From Mantamonas sphyraenae STR306 (Eukaryota > Protista > CRuMs), in contig JAPMXV010000009.1 in assembly GCA_026936335.1 (NCBI GenBank), positions 62,001 through 126,000 on the forward strand: a stretch of 64,000 bases of DNA, read 5' to 3'. Position 1 is the first letter of the stretch; each line of letters begins with the position of its first letter. Position numbers and translations under genes: made by a program. Shown here piece by piece: positions 35,964 through 47,237 of this stretch. The notes under the pieces were generated by a model. It was not told the DNA's origin. It made no database searches and worked only from the letters and a program-made list of their open reading frames with translations.

Positions 35964-37910
35964 ATGATGTTCTCTCGGACAGGACGCCGAGCATGGCTTG
36001 GATGGACACGCGCAGGCAGGATGGCGACACGAGCGGTGCATACGCTGCGGGAACAGGCGGTGGCCAACGAGCGCCGGCGGCCGCAGGAGGCTGAGGCTGA
36101 GGCGCTGTTCGAGGACGATCTGGCGTTGTTTGAGGAGCTGGAACGGCACAAGGCAGGCGTGCTGGGGCCCCACGAGGACGGGGAGCTGGAGGAAGAGGAA
36201 GAGGAGGATTGGCTTGCGTTTGAGGACGAAGAGGAAGTGGACGAAGAGGGAAACGTGGTGCACCGATGGCAGACGGTTGCGGACGACGGCGAGCAAATGC
36301 ACCCAGCGGGCCACCGGTTCCAATCGGTGCTGACGCCCGTCAATGTGGCGGACGAGGAGGAGGCGCGTTTGATGGCGGCCGCGTTCAGTAAGGAGCAAAA
36401 GTCGGAGCTAGGCCTGGCCAAGGACGCACACGAGTACTGGTTGCTGCGGCGGAAATTCGGGTTTGAGATGCCGGCCAATGTGGAAGCGTTTGAGAGTACG
36501 CTGATGACAGAGGCCATGGCAGCGCGGTTTGAAGACGTCTACCACGCCATCATGCGGCTGCCGTCGAATCCTGCGTTGGTGGAGAGCACGGAAGACACGC
36601 AGGGATTGCTGCGTGCAGAGGCGAGCCGGGAGCTGCAGGAAGATGAGACACACGGACTGGTGTATTGGAAGACACGGCCACGGGACACGGCGGCGTACAC
36701 GAAGCTGATGCGGTTGTACGGTGCAGTGGGACGCTTGGACGAGGCGGAGAGACAGCTGGAGACGATGGAAGAAGGTCTGGTGGCAGATGTGATGACATAC
36801 ACAGCGCTGATGCGAGGGTACGCAGAGGGGGGCGACGCAGACGGGGCTCGTAGTTTGTTGAAGCGCATGATTGGGCAATCGGTGGCGCCGAGCACGTGGA
36901 CGTTTGCTGCGTTGATGCAAGCGTATGTGCGTGCAGGACAGGTGGATAAGGCGGAACGGGTGCTGCCTGAGCTGGCGTTGCACGGGTTGGAACCGGACAA
37001 CGCGGTGATGACGGTGCTTGTGAGTGGGTGGCTGGAGCGGGGGGAGGTGGAGCGTGCGTGGACGCTATTCGACACGTTGCGTCAACGGTTTGAGGAACCC
37101 GACGTGGTGCTGTTTACAAGCATGATCAAAGCATGTGCAGTGGAGGGCAACGTGGAGCGTGCGCTGAACCTGTTGGACGATTTGTACCTTGTGGGAGGGG
37201 CACCGACGCAGGTGACGTACAACGCCCTGTTTCACGCGTGTGCAGCGCGGCCAGACTACGAAGATACACTGGAGCGACTGTTTGCACAGGCCAAGGAGGA
37301 GGGACTGCGTCCGGATGTGGTGACGCTGAACACGCTGTTGAATGCGTACGCAGAAGCCGGACGTGTGGACAAGGCAATGGAGGTGGTCAAGGTGGCTGAG
37401 GAGGACTGGAAGGTGCAACCCGACGCCGTGTCTGCAGCCACGCTGCTCAAGTGCTACGCCAACAGGATGTTGGAGGAGAAGGACGGCCAAGCGAGAAAGC
37501 TGTTGCTTGCGGCGACGGAGCGGACCATAGACGGGTGGCCGGAACTGCACGGCGACAGTAGGGCTGTAAACACCATGCTGAGTGTGTACACGCGTGCGGT
37601 GCATCTGCGTACGGCCGAGAGCAAGCTGCAGATGTACTTTGCGGTGCCCGAGGCGTTCCGGAAGGCGTTGAACCTGAACGAGGAGGATGGAAGCAGCACA
37701 CAGCAGAGGGAAAGGGCAAAGATGACGGTGCACACAGTGACTATGCTTGTGCAGATGTACGCGCGGGCCAAGCGCCATGCGCAGGTGGCTGCGCTGTACG
37801 ACGCGGCAACGGAACATGGACTTGTGGATGACAAGCTCAGGGAGCACGTGAGGCATGCCCTGCGCAAGACAGAATGGGCGGGAAAGGTGGAGCGAGAGAG
37901 CACGATGTGA
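35964..37910 (+). CDS. Pentatricopeptide repeat protein, probably mitochondrial
   Basis: About 8-9 35-aa PPR motifs (DVMTYTALMRGY, PDVVTLNTLLNAY); presequence-like MMFSRTGRRAW. Confidence 0.92.
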   Translation: MMFSRTGRRAWLGWTRAGRMATRAVHTLREQAVANERRRPQEAEAEALFEDDLALFEELERHKAGVLGPHEDGELEEEEEEDWLAFEDEEEVDEEGNVVHRWQTVADDGEQMHPAGHRFQSVLTPVNVADEEEARLMAAAFSKEQKSELGLAKDAHEYWLLRRKFGFEMPANVEAFESTLMTEAMAARFEDVYHAIMRLPSNPALVESTEDTQGLLRAEASRELQEDETHGLVYWKTRPRDTAAYTKLMRLYGAVGRLDEAERQLETMEEGLVADVMTYTALMRGYAEGGDADGARSLLKRMIGQSVAPSTWTFAALMQAYVRAGQVDKAERVLPELALHGLEPDNAVMTVLVSGWLERGEVERAWTLFDTLRQRFEEPDVVLFTSMIKACAVEGNVERALNLLDDLYLVGGAPTQVTYNALFHACAARPDYEDTLERLFAQAKEEGLRPDVVTLNTLLNAYAEAGRVDKAMEVVKVAEEDWKVQPDAVSAATLLKCYANRMLEEKDGQARKLLLAATERTIDGWPELHGDSRAVNTMLSVYTRAVHLRTAESKLQMYFAVPEAFRKALNLNEEDGSSTQQRERAKMTVHTVTMLVQMYARAKRHAQVAALYDAATEHGLVDDKLREHVRHALRKTEWAGKVERESTM

Positions 37911-38028
37911 GGCAAGACAAAACGTTTTCAAGAAAAGCACCTTGTCGGGGCAGCTGCATTTGCTTGCGCACCCTCTTCGACACAGGACACGTTTTGAAGC
38001 TGTGAGAAGCGTGTAGCGCGGTTAAGCG

Positions 38029-39349
38029 ATGCTTCTGTTTGAATTGGCACTGCTGCTCATCTATGCAGTGCTGCTCGGGGTTGTGGTTGTGCAAATCGGG
38101 CGGATTGTCCACGAGGGCCACAACCGGGTATCGTTCCAGTTTGGGTTTCTTGTGCTGTGTGCGACGTGGTGTGCACTGCGCGTGTGGTTCTTTGGCCAGC
38201 GCATGACGCCGCCCGGATGGACGTTTGAGACGCGGTGGTTGGAGCTGCTTGTGTACTGGTTGCCGCTGAACGTGGAGTTTGCCACGTTTGGCCTGCTGGT
38301 GGTCTTCTACGCGTCCATTGTGTACAAAGAAGAGTGGGAGCACAGCCGGCGCATGTACGGGATCCTGTACGGGGTGCTAAACACGCTGTTGATGGCGGCG
38401 ACGATTGCCAAGGTGGTGATGAGTGGCATCGAGTTTGCCACCGTCACCGACCCTCTGTGGAGCAGTTTGAACTCTGTGTTTGCCACCGTGGTGTTTCTGC
38501 TGCTCGTCGCGCCGATGTCGGTGATGGTGTGGCACCTGTACAGACGCTGGAGTGAGAACCAGGAGGTGAGTGAGTGCGTGTGTAGTGTGTGTGTGGCGTG
38601 AAACGATTGTGGCAGGCGTCCACGCGCGCCGCCCGTTTGCGACAAAAGTGCAACCTGCAGGTCGCAGCCAGGTGAGCAGGGGACTGTACGCATGGATCAC
38701 TGACGCAAAGGGTGCTCTGACGTATGTAAACTGGTTTGTGTGTGTGTGTGTGTGACAGGATGGGCGTACGTCGTCGCTGCAACAGCCGACGACGGAGCTT
38801 CTGCGTGCGGCGGTGGCGATTTTGGCCATTTTCGTATCGCGGTGTGTGTACAACGTGCTTGCAGCTGCACTTCCTTCGGTGCGGTATCCACTTGTGGGTG
38901 CCGGGGCCATCGCTGTGAATGGCCCTGTGCTGGGTATGCTGTTCAGCTGGGAGGTTGTGCCGAGTGCGATCATCCTCTTTGTGTTCCGCACCATCCCCAA
39001 GGCCAAACGCACAGCGAGTCTAAAGGCTCGCCAGGGCCGAGTGGGCTCCGAGTCGCTGCTGTACGCAAACGGAGCGTCACTGAACGACCCGACGGCCCCG
39101 ATAATGGCGCATCACGCACGTCGGCTGCCGTCTGTGGACGATGCCGGGGTCATGGGAGCAAGCAGCCTGGGAGGACGGTCAGCAAGCAGTCTGGGCCGAT
39201 CAGCAGACTCGACACGATCGTATGGGGCGATGACACCGACAATGACCGGGTCGTTTCGGTTCAAGGGCAATCACCAGGGCTACAGCACGGTAGTGGCACC
39301 CAGCGACGGAGGGCGACGTGAGAGCGATGGAATGTTGATGGCCGAGTAG
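38029..39349 (+). CDS. 7-TM TOM1/THH1/GPR137-like membrane protein
   Basis: WCALR, YWLPLNVEFATFGLLVVFY, SRCVYN and WEVVP motifs; intron 38566-38758 in frame. Confidence 0.82.
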
Positions 39350-39417
39350 GCAACGGTGGGGATGCGCGTGTGGAGGCAGCAGCTGCAGGCTGGGCAAGAA
39401 ACAAAACACGTGTGTCG

Positions 39418-40444
39418 ATGGAGCGTGACGAGGACGACGTGGCCGAGGATCAAATGCAAATTGGAGAGGAGGAAATGTTGGCGGCGTTGGAGTTGTTGGA
39501 GAGTGTGGGATTGGGTGGGGAAGAGGCTCGGCAGGAGCTGGAGGCGACGGTGGAGGAGTTGAACCGAGAGGCAGAACAGGCGGAGAGCGTGTACGCAGGG
39601 TTGCCGTGGAGTGTGGAGGCAGAGCGGATCCGAGCGCGTGTACACCTGTACGACTGGGTGCATGGGAGACTGGTGGCGCGTGTGAAAGCGCTGGTGGTGG
39701 CGGGAGGAGGAGGGAAGCAGGGACGAACGGCAAGCAAGGAAGAGGGAGAACAGCTGGGGATGCTTCTGGAGCTGATGCGCAACTGCGGAGTCAGCTGGGC
39801 GGAACAACTGGTGGACGTGTGCCACAGTGCACAGGATACGTTGGACACAAGCCTGTTGGAAACGAGCGCGAGGCTGCGAGAAGACCAGGAGGAGCGACGC
39901 CGCACAGCAGAGGCGCAAAGCGAGGCAGCTGTGAACAGGATTGCCATGGGGACACACAGAGGAGGCACAACACAGCGGCCAACGAGCTCGCAGGTGGACA
40001 TGGAGGTGGAACAGCTGGTGTTGTCTGGGCGCGTGGTGAACGAGCGCACGCTGGACAGTCTAAAGGATAGCCTTGTGGAAGGGGCAGGCGGAAGTGTGGA
40101 GGAGTCACGTGTGTATGGCAAGCAAGACAGCAGGCATGTGTCGTCAAGAGGGCCATCTGTGTCTGTGGCGTCGTCATCGCGGCTTGTGCTGCCCAAACAA
40201 ACTGCGCCGCGGCAACTGAACACCACGCGACAGCTGCATAGCAGCACTCGACACATGCTGGGTGAGGACAAAGACCCGATGCGCAGGTCGCATGTGGGTG
40301 CGTACAGTCTGCCCATCGGACTTGGCGAAGGCTTGACCAATCCACTCACAGGCGACCTTCGCCAGCGACCCGGAGGCGCTTCCACGTTGGCAATGACATC
40401 GACCCCTACCAACCAGACATGGAAGACGGTGCATCAGGGCTACT

Positions 40445-40481
<37 letters not shown>

Positions 40482-41457
40482 TGCGGATGAAACAACCGGA
40501 AACAATTTGACGGTGGTGCACTATGCGACCACGACGGCAGGCGGCGACGAGTCACCAATGACGATGCAGGAATTGTCGATGGTTGGAGGGACGCGTCGCA
40601 CGGAAAAGGTGGTGCGAGTGGATGACAAGGAGAGGAAGGGCCAAAGGGGGCGACATATGCGCACGCAGCGGTCGCTGGTGGACAAGGAGCCTGTGGCGTC
40701 GTATGCCACCATACATGGAGGGAAAAGGAATCGATTGACGCGGTTGAAGCTCGCCAAATCGCCAGTGTCCGAGTCCAAACAGCCGAAACGGGGCAGCGGT
40801 GGTGCCCACGTGGCACAGCCACGCATGGATGCCAGCAGCCTGGAGTCGTTGTGTGCGGATCTGGCGAGCCATTACGACGGGAGTCAAGAGTTTGTGGCGT
40901 ATGCGGCAGGAAGGTTGGATGTGAAGCACGGGCGTCCGGCTGGCAAACGGTGGCTTGCGGCGCTGTTGGAGGCGCTGCGGCAACGCGAATGGCGTGAAGG
41001 GGAGCACTACCACGTGCGAGTGGTGGATGCGCTGTTGCACAAGGCTGTCGAGGTGGAGGAGGTGCGAGCGGCGGAGAAGCAGGTTGGGCAACTGCTGCCC
41101 AAAACGGTGATGACCATGGTGGCAAAGCAGAGCAGGCTGAACAAGCGAGACAACCACCACCAAACACTGGACAGGGACGAGTTGATGGCGCTGGTGAGCC
41201 GCAAGCTGTCGGGTGTGGAGCCGCTGGAGAGCGAAGAGTGGCAAAACACTCTGTTGTTCCTGTTTGACGCGGAGGATGGCGAGCGCGTGGTGCAACGCGT
41301 GGTGGATCATCACTTTCACACGTGGGAGAACAACGAAACGGCGGGCCAACTGTCGTATCGCAGCCTGCGCACAGCAGTGCTGAACTGGACGCTCGATGCG
41401 CTGGTGGAGGCAGGCAAGGGCACACGAGGACGCAGCCGAAGCAGCAGGAGGCGATGA
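39418..41457 (+). CDS. Hypothetical protein: helical N- and C-terminal domains with a disordered middle
   Basis: 679-aa ORF with the same G/A-rich sense-strand bias as its neighbours. No family confidently recognised. Confidence 0.7.
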
Positions 41458-41994
41458 GCGAGAAGGAGGGAAGCAATGCAGAGCAGAATGAGACGTATAC
41501 AGTAGAAACAGAAACAGAAACGGCAGAGGCAGAGGCAGAGGCAGAGAGGCTGGTGCAGTTCCTGGTGCTGCGTTCAGACCTCACCACCGAAGAATACGGA
41601 TACAGCGTGGGCTCTCTGGTGGCACAGGGCTCACACGCAACGGCGGCATGCCTTGTGCGCTTTGCAGACGACGACAATGTGCGTGCATACACCCAGGGGA
41701 TCGGAGCAAACTCGTTGCAGATGCACACGGTTGTGCTGAGCGCAAAGTCGGAGACGCAGCTGGTCAACTTGGCCACCAAGTTGGAGGAGAAGGGCTTGGA
41801 TCACCATTTGTGGGTACGTTGGGCGTGTGGGGAGTGTGTGCGTGGATGGCGGGAGGAGAGCACCAGCTAACCCAACGCGCTGGTTGTTTGTGCAGACCGA
41901 GCAGCCAGAGAATGTGCCGACTTGCATCGCTCTGAAACCATACCATCGCTCAGCGCTGGGCAATGTGCTCAAGAAGTTTCGACTGTTCAAATGA
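41454..41994 (+). CDS. PTRHD1: PTH2-family peptidyl-tRNA hydrolase domain protein (PTRHD1-like)
   Basis: [27 protein letters not shown] and HHLW|[16 protein letters not shown] motifs; intron 41814-41895. Confidence 0.9.
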
Positions 41995-42120
41995 AGAGAT
42001 TGGGGGGCAAAAGAGCTGCATTTTTCGAACTGTCGACCCAACCAAAACTGCGTTCCCCCGTGCACGTGGCAGCACACACTCACTGCCCACTTGCCGGAAG
42101 AGCACATCGAGTGCGCCTGT

Positions 42121-45100
42121 TTAGTGGTAGCCCCACTCGCCAGATCCCTGGTTCTGCTGGTTGTGCTGCTGTTGCTGCTGCTGGGGCATCTGCTGCATGA
42201 CAAAGCCACCGTAGGCCATCTCCTGGTTGTGCATGGCAAACATGGGCTGTTGGGCAAAGTGCTGCTGCTGGTTGAGCTGCTGCTGTTGCTGCTGGTTGCC
42301 CTGCTGCTGCTGGTTGCCCTGTTGCTGGTTGTTGCTCTGGTGCATCTGCACCTTTTGCTCCTCCTGCAGGTTGTTCTGTTCGTCCATGGAGTTCTGCTTG
42401 TTCAGCTGCTGGTTGTTGACGGGCATTTGCTGGGCGTAGTACGGGTAGGCGTACTGCGGGTTGCTGTACATCATGGGCATGTACGGGTTGTACTGCATCT
42501 GCTGGTTGGGCAGCTGCATCTGGCCGCCGAGCTGCTGGACGCCAGCGTTCTGCTCGTCGTTCTTGGCCTGCTGCTGGTAGTTGTCCAGAGTCTCGTAGGT
42601 GCTACCCGAGGTGTTGTTGCCATCCTGGCTCTGCTGGTTCTGCTGCTCGTAGCCGTTGCCGCCATCCATGGTGTTCATGTACTGCTGCTGTGGCACGTAC
42701 TGCTGCTGCTGCTGCTGCTGTTGGTAGTACTGCTCCATGCCACCACTCTGATCGTATGAGTAGTTGCCCATGCCTGCGTACATGGGCATGGCGTAGTGGT
42801 TGCCGTACGGCATGTGGCTGGCATACATCATCGGCTGTTGCACCTGCTGCACCTGCTGCTGCTGTCCACCTTGGCCCTGGCCACCCTGTTGCACCTGCTC
42901 GTCGACGTCACCCTGGCTGCCGCTGCCCTGGCTACCGCTGCCCTGCATGGGGGCGTACTGGCCGTACATGAGGCCACCGCCAAACATCTGCTGCTGCTGC
43001 GGCTGCTGCATGGACAGCATCTGGTTCTGCTGGAGCATCTGCATCTGCTGCAGCTGCTGTTGCTGGAATTGCGGGTCGTACTGTCCGCCGTAGCCTCCCT
43101 GCGTCTGCATGCCTCCCTGCATGCCTCCGCCGTACATGCCGTAGCCGCCCATGCCCATGTCTGTGTTCTCGCCTTGGACCATCTGCGTGCCGTTGTTCAT
43201 CTGCTGCTGGTTGCCTTGTTGCTCGCCCACCTCTGCGCTGCCTTGGCTGCCTGTGCCGTCGCCGCCGCCCATCACGAGCGATCCCTGGTCGTAGCTCTGG
43301 AACGAAGCGCCGTTGTCGCCAAAGATGCCCATGCCCATGGAGCCAAACGCAACGTTCATGTTGCCCATGTCGATGTCGTGCGGCAGGTTCACCTGTCCGC
43401 CACGCTTGACGTTGCCGTTGTTGCCCTGGAACTGGCCCTGCACCCCCTGTGCTTGGGCATGTCCCTGTGTCTGCTGCTGCTGCGCCTGTTCTACCTGCTG
43501 CTGCACCTGCTGGTTCTGGCTTCCTTGAGTCTGCTGCTCCTGCGTGCCCTGCTGCTCCTGCTGTTGCACCTCACCACCGGCCACCACCTGCGCCTGCTCC
43601 ACGCCCTCCTGTGCGTTCACACCCTTGGATGCGTGTGCACCCGCCTTGTGATGCACCTTTTTGCTTCCTGCTGCGCCGCCCTTGTGGTTTGCCTTGTTTC
43701 CGCCGCGCTGGCTCTGCTGCTGGCCCTGTCCTGCGCGTGTACCCTTGTTGTTGTTGCGTCCCTGGCGTCCCTGCTTGCCCTCTGCGTGGCTGTTGTTCTT
43801 GCCCTTGGCTCCGCTGCTCTCGCTGTTGCCCTGCTGAGCTGCCTGCTGATCCTGCAAGTCGGCCTGTTGGCCTTCCTGGGCCTGTGCCTGCGGCTGGCTT
43901 GCGCGTCCACCCGTGGCCACAAGCTTGTAGGACATCACTCCGCCCTTGCGGCCGCCCTTGTTTGTGTTTTGGCTGGTGTTGGTGTTGTTGTTTGTGTTGG
44001 TGTTGGTGTTGCCCATATTCTTGTTCTTGCTGCTGTTCTGCTGCGCCTGCGACTGTCCCTGTGTGTGCGTCTTTCCATGTCCTGCCTTGTCTCCCGCTGC
44101 TTTGGATCCCTGTCCCGCCTGCTTTCCCTGCGACTGAGGCTGTGCATCGTCCACGCTGTCCTGGCTCTGTCCACCCTGCTGCTGCTGCTGTGCCTGCTGC
44201 TGCCCCTGCTGATGGTTCTTGTTGTTGTTGCGCTTGCCCTTGCGTCCTGTGCCGCTTCCCAGACCCTTGCCACCTTGCTGTTGAGCCTGCGCCTGCGCCT
44301 GCTCCTGATCCACCTGGCTCTTGCCGCCGTTGCCGCTGCTCTCGCCTCCCTGTCCTGTGGTCGCCGTCGACGATTGTGCCTGCTGCTGGATCTTGCGTGC
44401 CAGAGGTGTGCCCGAGCCCCATGCGCCGATGGCTTGGGGCTGTTCGTGGTGCGACGACGACGAGCCTGCCACTCGCTGCTTGCCTGCGCGTGCCTTGCGC
44501 TGCTGCTGCTGGTGTGCATGTTCACCACCCTGATGGTTCTGGTGCTGTTGACGATGCTGCGAGTGCGACTGTCCACGGCACTGCTGCTGGCCGTTGTGGT
44601 TGCGCTCAGACGAGCCGCCCTGCTGCTGCCCTTGCTGCGATCGCTGGCCGCCTTGGCGCCCGCTGTTCTGGCGTTGTCCGCCCTGCTGCTGGCCGCCGCC
44701 CGACTGGGAACGTCCCTGTCCCTGGCTCTGGCCATTGCTGTTGTTGTATCGTCGTCCGCTGTCGCGTCCGTCCCGCGAGTCTGAACGCAGGTTGCTTCGT
44801 CCGCCGTTGCGGTGGCTGCTGTTGCCGCTGCCCTCGTAGCGCCCGTACTGCTTGGGGCCTTTGTTCGACTTGCTTGTCTGTACACGTGTGCGCATGGGGA
44901 TCACGTGTGGGATGCGTGTGTGAGTCGAAACAGTCCTCCTTGTCTGCCTTCTTCCAGACCCCGCCAGAGCCTACACGGCCCCAACTCCATTTTCCACCGT
45001 CTCGAAAAATGCGCTCACCTTCTTGCCCACCGACTTCCACTCGCCAGCGTCACCGTCTGCCTCTGTGTGTGTGCAAGCGGTCCATGTGTGGGCCGTGTGG

Positions 45101-45590
45101 GGCCGTGCCGTCTCGTGTCAATCGTTTTGTCTCCCATGTGGCGCTGCACTCCGACTCCCGTTTTTTCCAGGCAATTCCCGGGGCCCATTCGCATGCAGAT
45201 CAGCACAAACCCCTCATTCGCCGCACGCCGCCGCCGCCGCTCAGCGCACACTGCCCTATACACGCATGCAGACCTGCAAGTACATCCGTGGTGTCTGTGA
45301 CACGAGTGTGCACATGCCCCGTCTCTCTTCTCGCACGTCGTACCTTCGAGCAGGGCGGTGATGGCCGAGCCGGTGTTGAAGTAGTTCTGCTTCAGTGCAG
45401 CAAGCACCGTGCTTTTGTCGTACGAGTCCCCGACGACCTCCATCACTTTGTTGATCAGCTTCTTGTTCTCCGCAACCTCTGCGTCCAGCGACTCCTGCAT
45501 CGTCTGGCGCTGGCGAAGGGCTTCGGCGACGCGTGGGTCGTCCCGAGCCAGCTGATCGATTTGTGTTTGGCCGGTTGTGTTATTCGACAT
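42121..45590 (-). CDS. UBAP2/UBAP2L/Lingerer-like protein: UBA domain plus Q/G/N-rich prion-like region
   Basis: Exon 1 UBA (LINKVMEVVG...AITALLE); exon 2 (45062-45019) GEWKSVGKK; exon 3 (44877-42121) contains VNLPHDIDMGNMNVAFGSM, resembling the UBAP2L VEMPG...LNLQFG motif. Confidence 0.72.
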
Positions 45591-45793
45591 GTGTGTGTGT
45601 GTGTGTATGTGTGTGTTTCTGGTGTTCTATTTAAAAAAACGGAATCCGTACGGATGTTCTGGTGCGCCACGCGCGGCTCAGCCCGCCTCCCAAAATGTGT
45701 GCGTTGTTGGTGGCAGCGGGCTGTTGCACACTCACGATGATGCCGCGCAAACAACAAGCTAAGCTCACCGACCATGGAAACCTCATCACGAAA

Positions 45794-47131
45794 TCACATG
45801 AGCCAATTGGTGCGCTCTGCACGCCTGCTGGCCAGCGGAACACGGTCGGCTGCCTTGCTACGCGAATTCATGGACCGGTAGGAAAACGGGGAGGTGGGAT
45901 CGAGCTCGAGGTCGTCGCCCACATCGTCGCCCACGCAGTCCATGCGCCAGCAGTTGCCTCCAACGCAGCAATCCTGGTTGAGGTGAGTGGCAAAAAAGCG
46001 CCCTGCGTACAGGGTCATGGCGAGCCAGAGAAGGATGAACACGCAGCCGAGGACCCACAACACAGCCACGGGCTCGTTGATAGAGACAATCTCTGTGGCC
46101 GAGCTGTTTGTGGTGAGGACGAGGACGCGATCAATCACGGAACAGACCGCAAGCCAGACCACGTTCAGCAACAGGCAGGAACGCACCGCACGGTACTCGC
46201 CACTGTTGTATGGCGACGCACGCAGGGAGAGGGAGACCAGAGTGACGCTGGACACGAGGATGATCATTCCGGAGAAGAGCTCGTTGCTGATGAGGCTCAC
46301 CAGGCCCACCATGATCATCTTGGTGGTATTGCTGTCCACCACACCTCGCCCTGCCATGGCCCAACTGTCCTCGTCCACCAGTTCCGCCTGCTGACCCATC
46401 ACCGCACTCATGAGGTTGGCGACAAACACAAAGAGCGGCAGACCAAACAACGACACCGCCGCAAACTGCTTGTGCGTACCCTGCCAGCACGACACGCGGC
46501 TGTCGCGTGCCACCAGTCCTGCGCTGTTGCACTCCAGCGCCGCAAACACAATCGAGACCAGCGGGAGGTACAGCAGCGAAAAGACGCGGCCAGCATTCAC
46601 TCCGACGCGCTTTTGCCACCGCTCCGCCTGCACCATGCACCACCGCTTGCCTCCCACGGCCGCCACAAGCACGCAAATACACACGCCCATCAGAACCATC
46701 AGGGACACGTACGCATCGGAAAAGGACACGCCAAAGCGGCTCAGATCCAGGATGGCCAGGCTGGTCGGAATCTCCAGCCCCGCCAGCACGTTTTGTGACT
46801 TGACCACCGGAAAGTACATCAGTTGCAGTGTTTCCACCACACATGCCACCACAACAAACACGTTGTTGCCGTTCAGTTTGCCCCTGTTCCACACCGTGGG
46901 CATCCGACCCAGATCGGCCACAGATTCCAGCATATCGTCGTCCACAGCATGGCTACGCATCCAGTGATCCACCAGTGCCATTACACACACAAAGTACACG
47001 GTCAGAATGAGCTCACCGATGCGGTTGTCCAGCGGCTTCTCCGCAAACAACACCAGCCCCGCAAACAGTCCCGCCATCACCAGTGCCAAAGGCAGTGCCA
47101 CCGTCAATAGCACCTTTTTTGTTGTTTCCAT
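45794..47131 (-). CDS. Multi-pass membrane protein (about 9 TM) with a GPCR-like extracellular loop disulfide pair
   Basis: Multiple hydrophobic helices. The LECNSAG...VSCWQGTH loop parallels YDCT...ILCS in the adjacent gene. Confidence 0.7.
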   Translation of the reverse strand: METTKKVLLTVALPLALVMAGLFAGLVLFAEKPLDNRIGELILTVYFVCVMALVDHWMRSHAVDDDMLESVADLGRMPTVWNRGKLNGNNVFVVVACVVETLQLMYFPVVKSQNVLAGLEIPTSLAILDLSRFGVSFSDAYVSLMVLMGVCICVLVAAVGGKRWCMVQAERWQKRVGVNAGRVFSLLYLPLVSIVFAALECNSAGLVARDSRVSCWQGTHKQFAAVSLFGLPLFVFVANLMSAVMGQQAELVDEDSWAMAGRGVVDSNTTKMIMVGLVSLISNELFSGMIILVSSVTLVSLSLRASPYNSGEYRAVRSCLLLNVVWLAVCSVIDRVLVLTTNSSATEIVSINEPVAVLWVLGCVFILLWLAMTLYAGRFFATHLNQDCCVGGNCWRMDCVGDDVGDDLELDPTSPFSYRSMNSRSKAADRVPLASRRAERTNWLM

Positions 47132-47237
47132 GATGATTGATTGCTAGTGATTGGAGGTGGGTGGGATGGACAGGAGGTGTGCGGAATTCGGGAATGGTGT
47201 GGCCCGCTCGCCGCGGCGCATTCATTCCTCTGTTCCA

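Noticed and set aside
42796-45740. Leu-rich and Ala/Pro-rich plus-strand ORFs
   Set aside because: They are the reverse complement of CAG-rich poly-Gln coding sequence.
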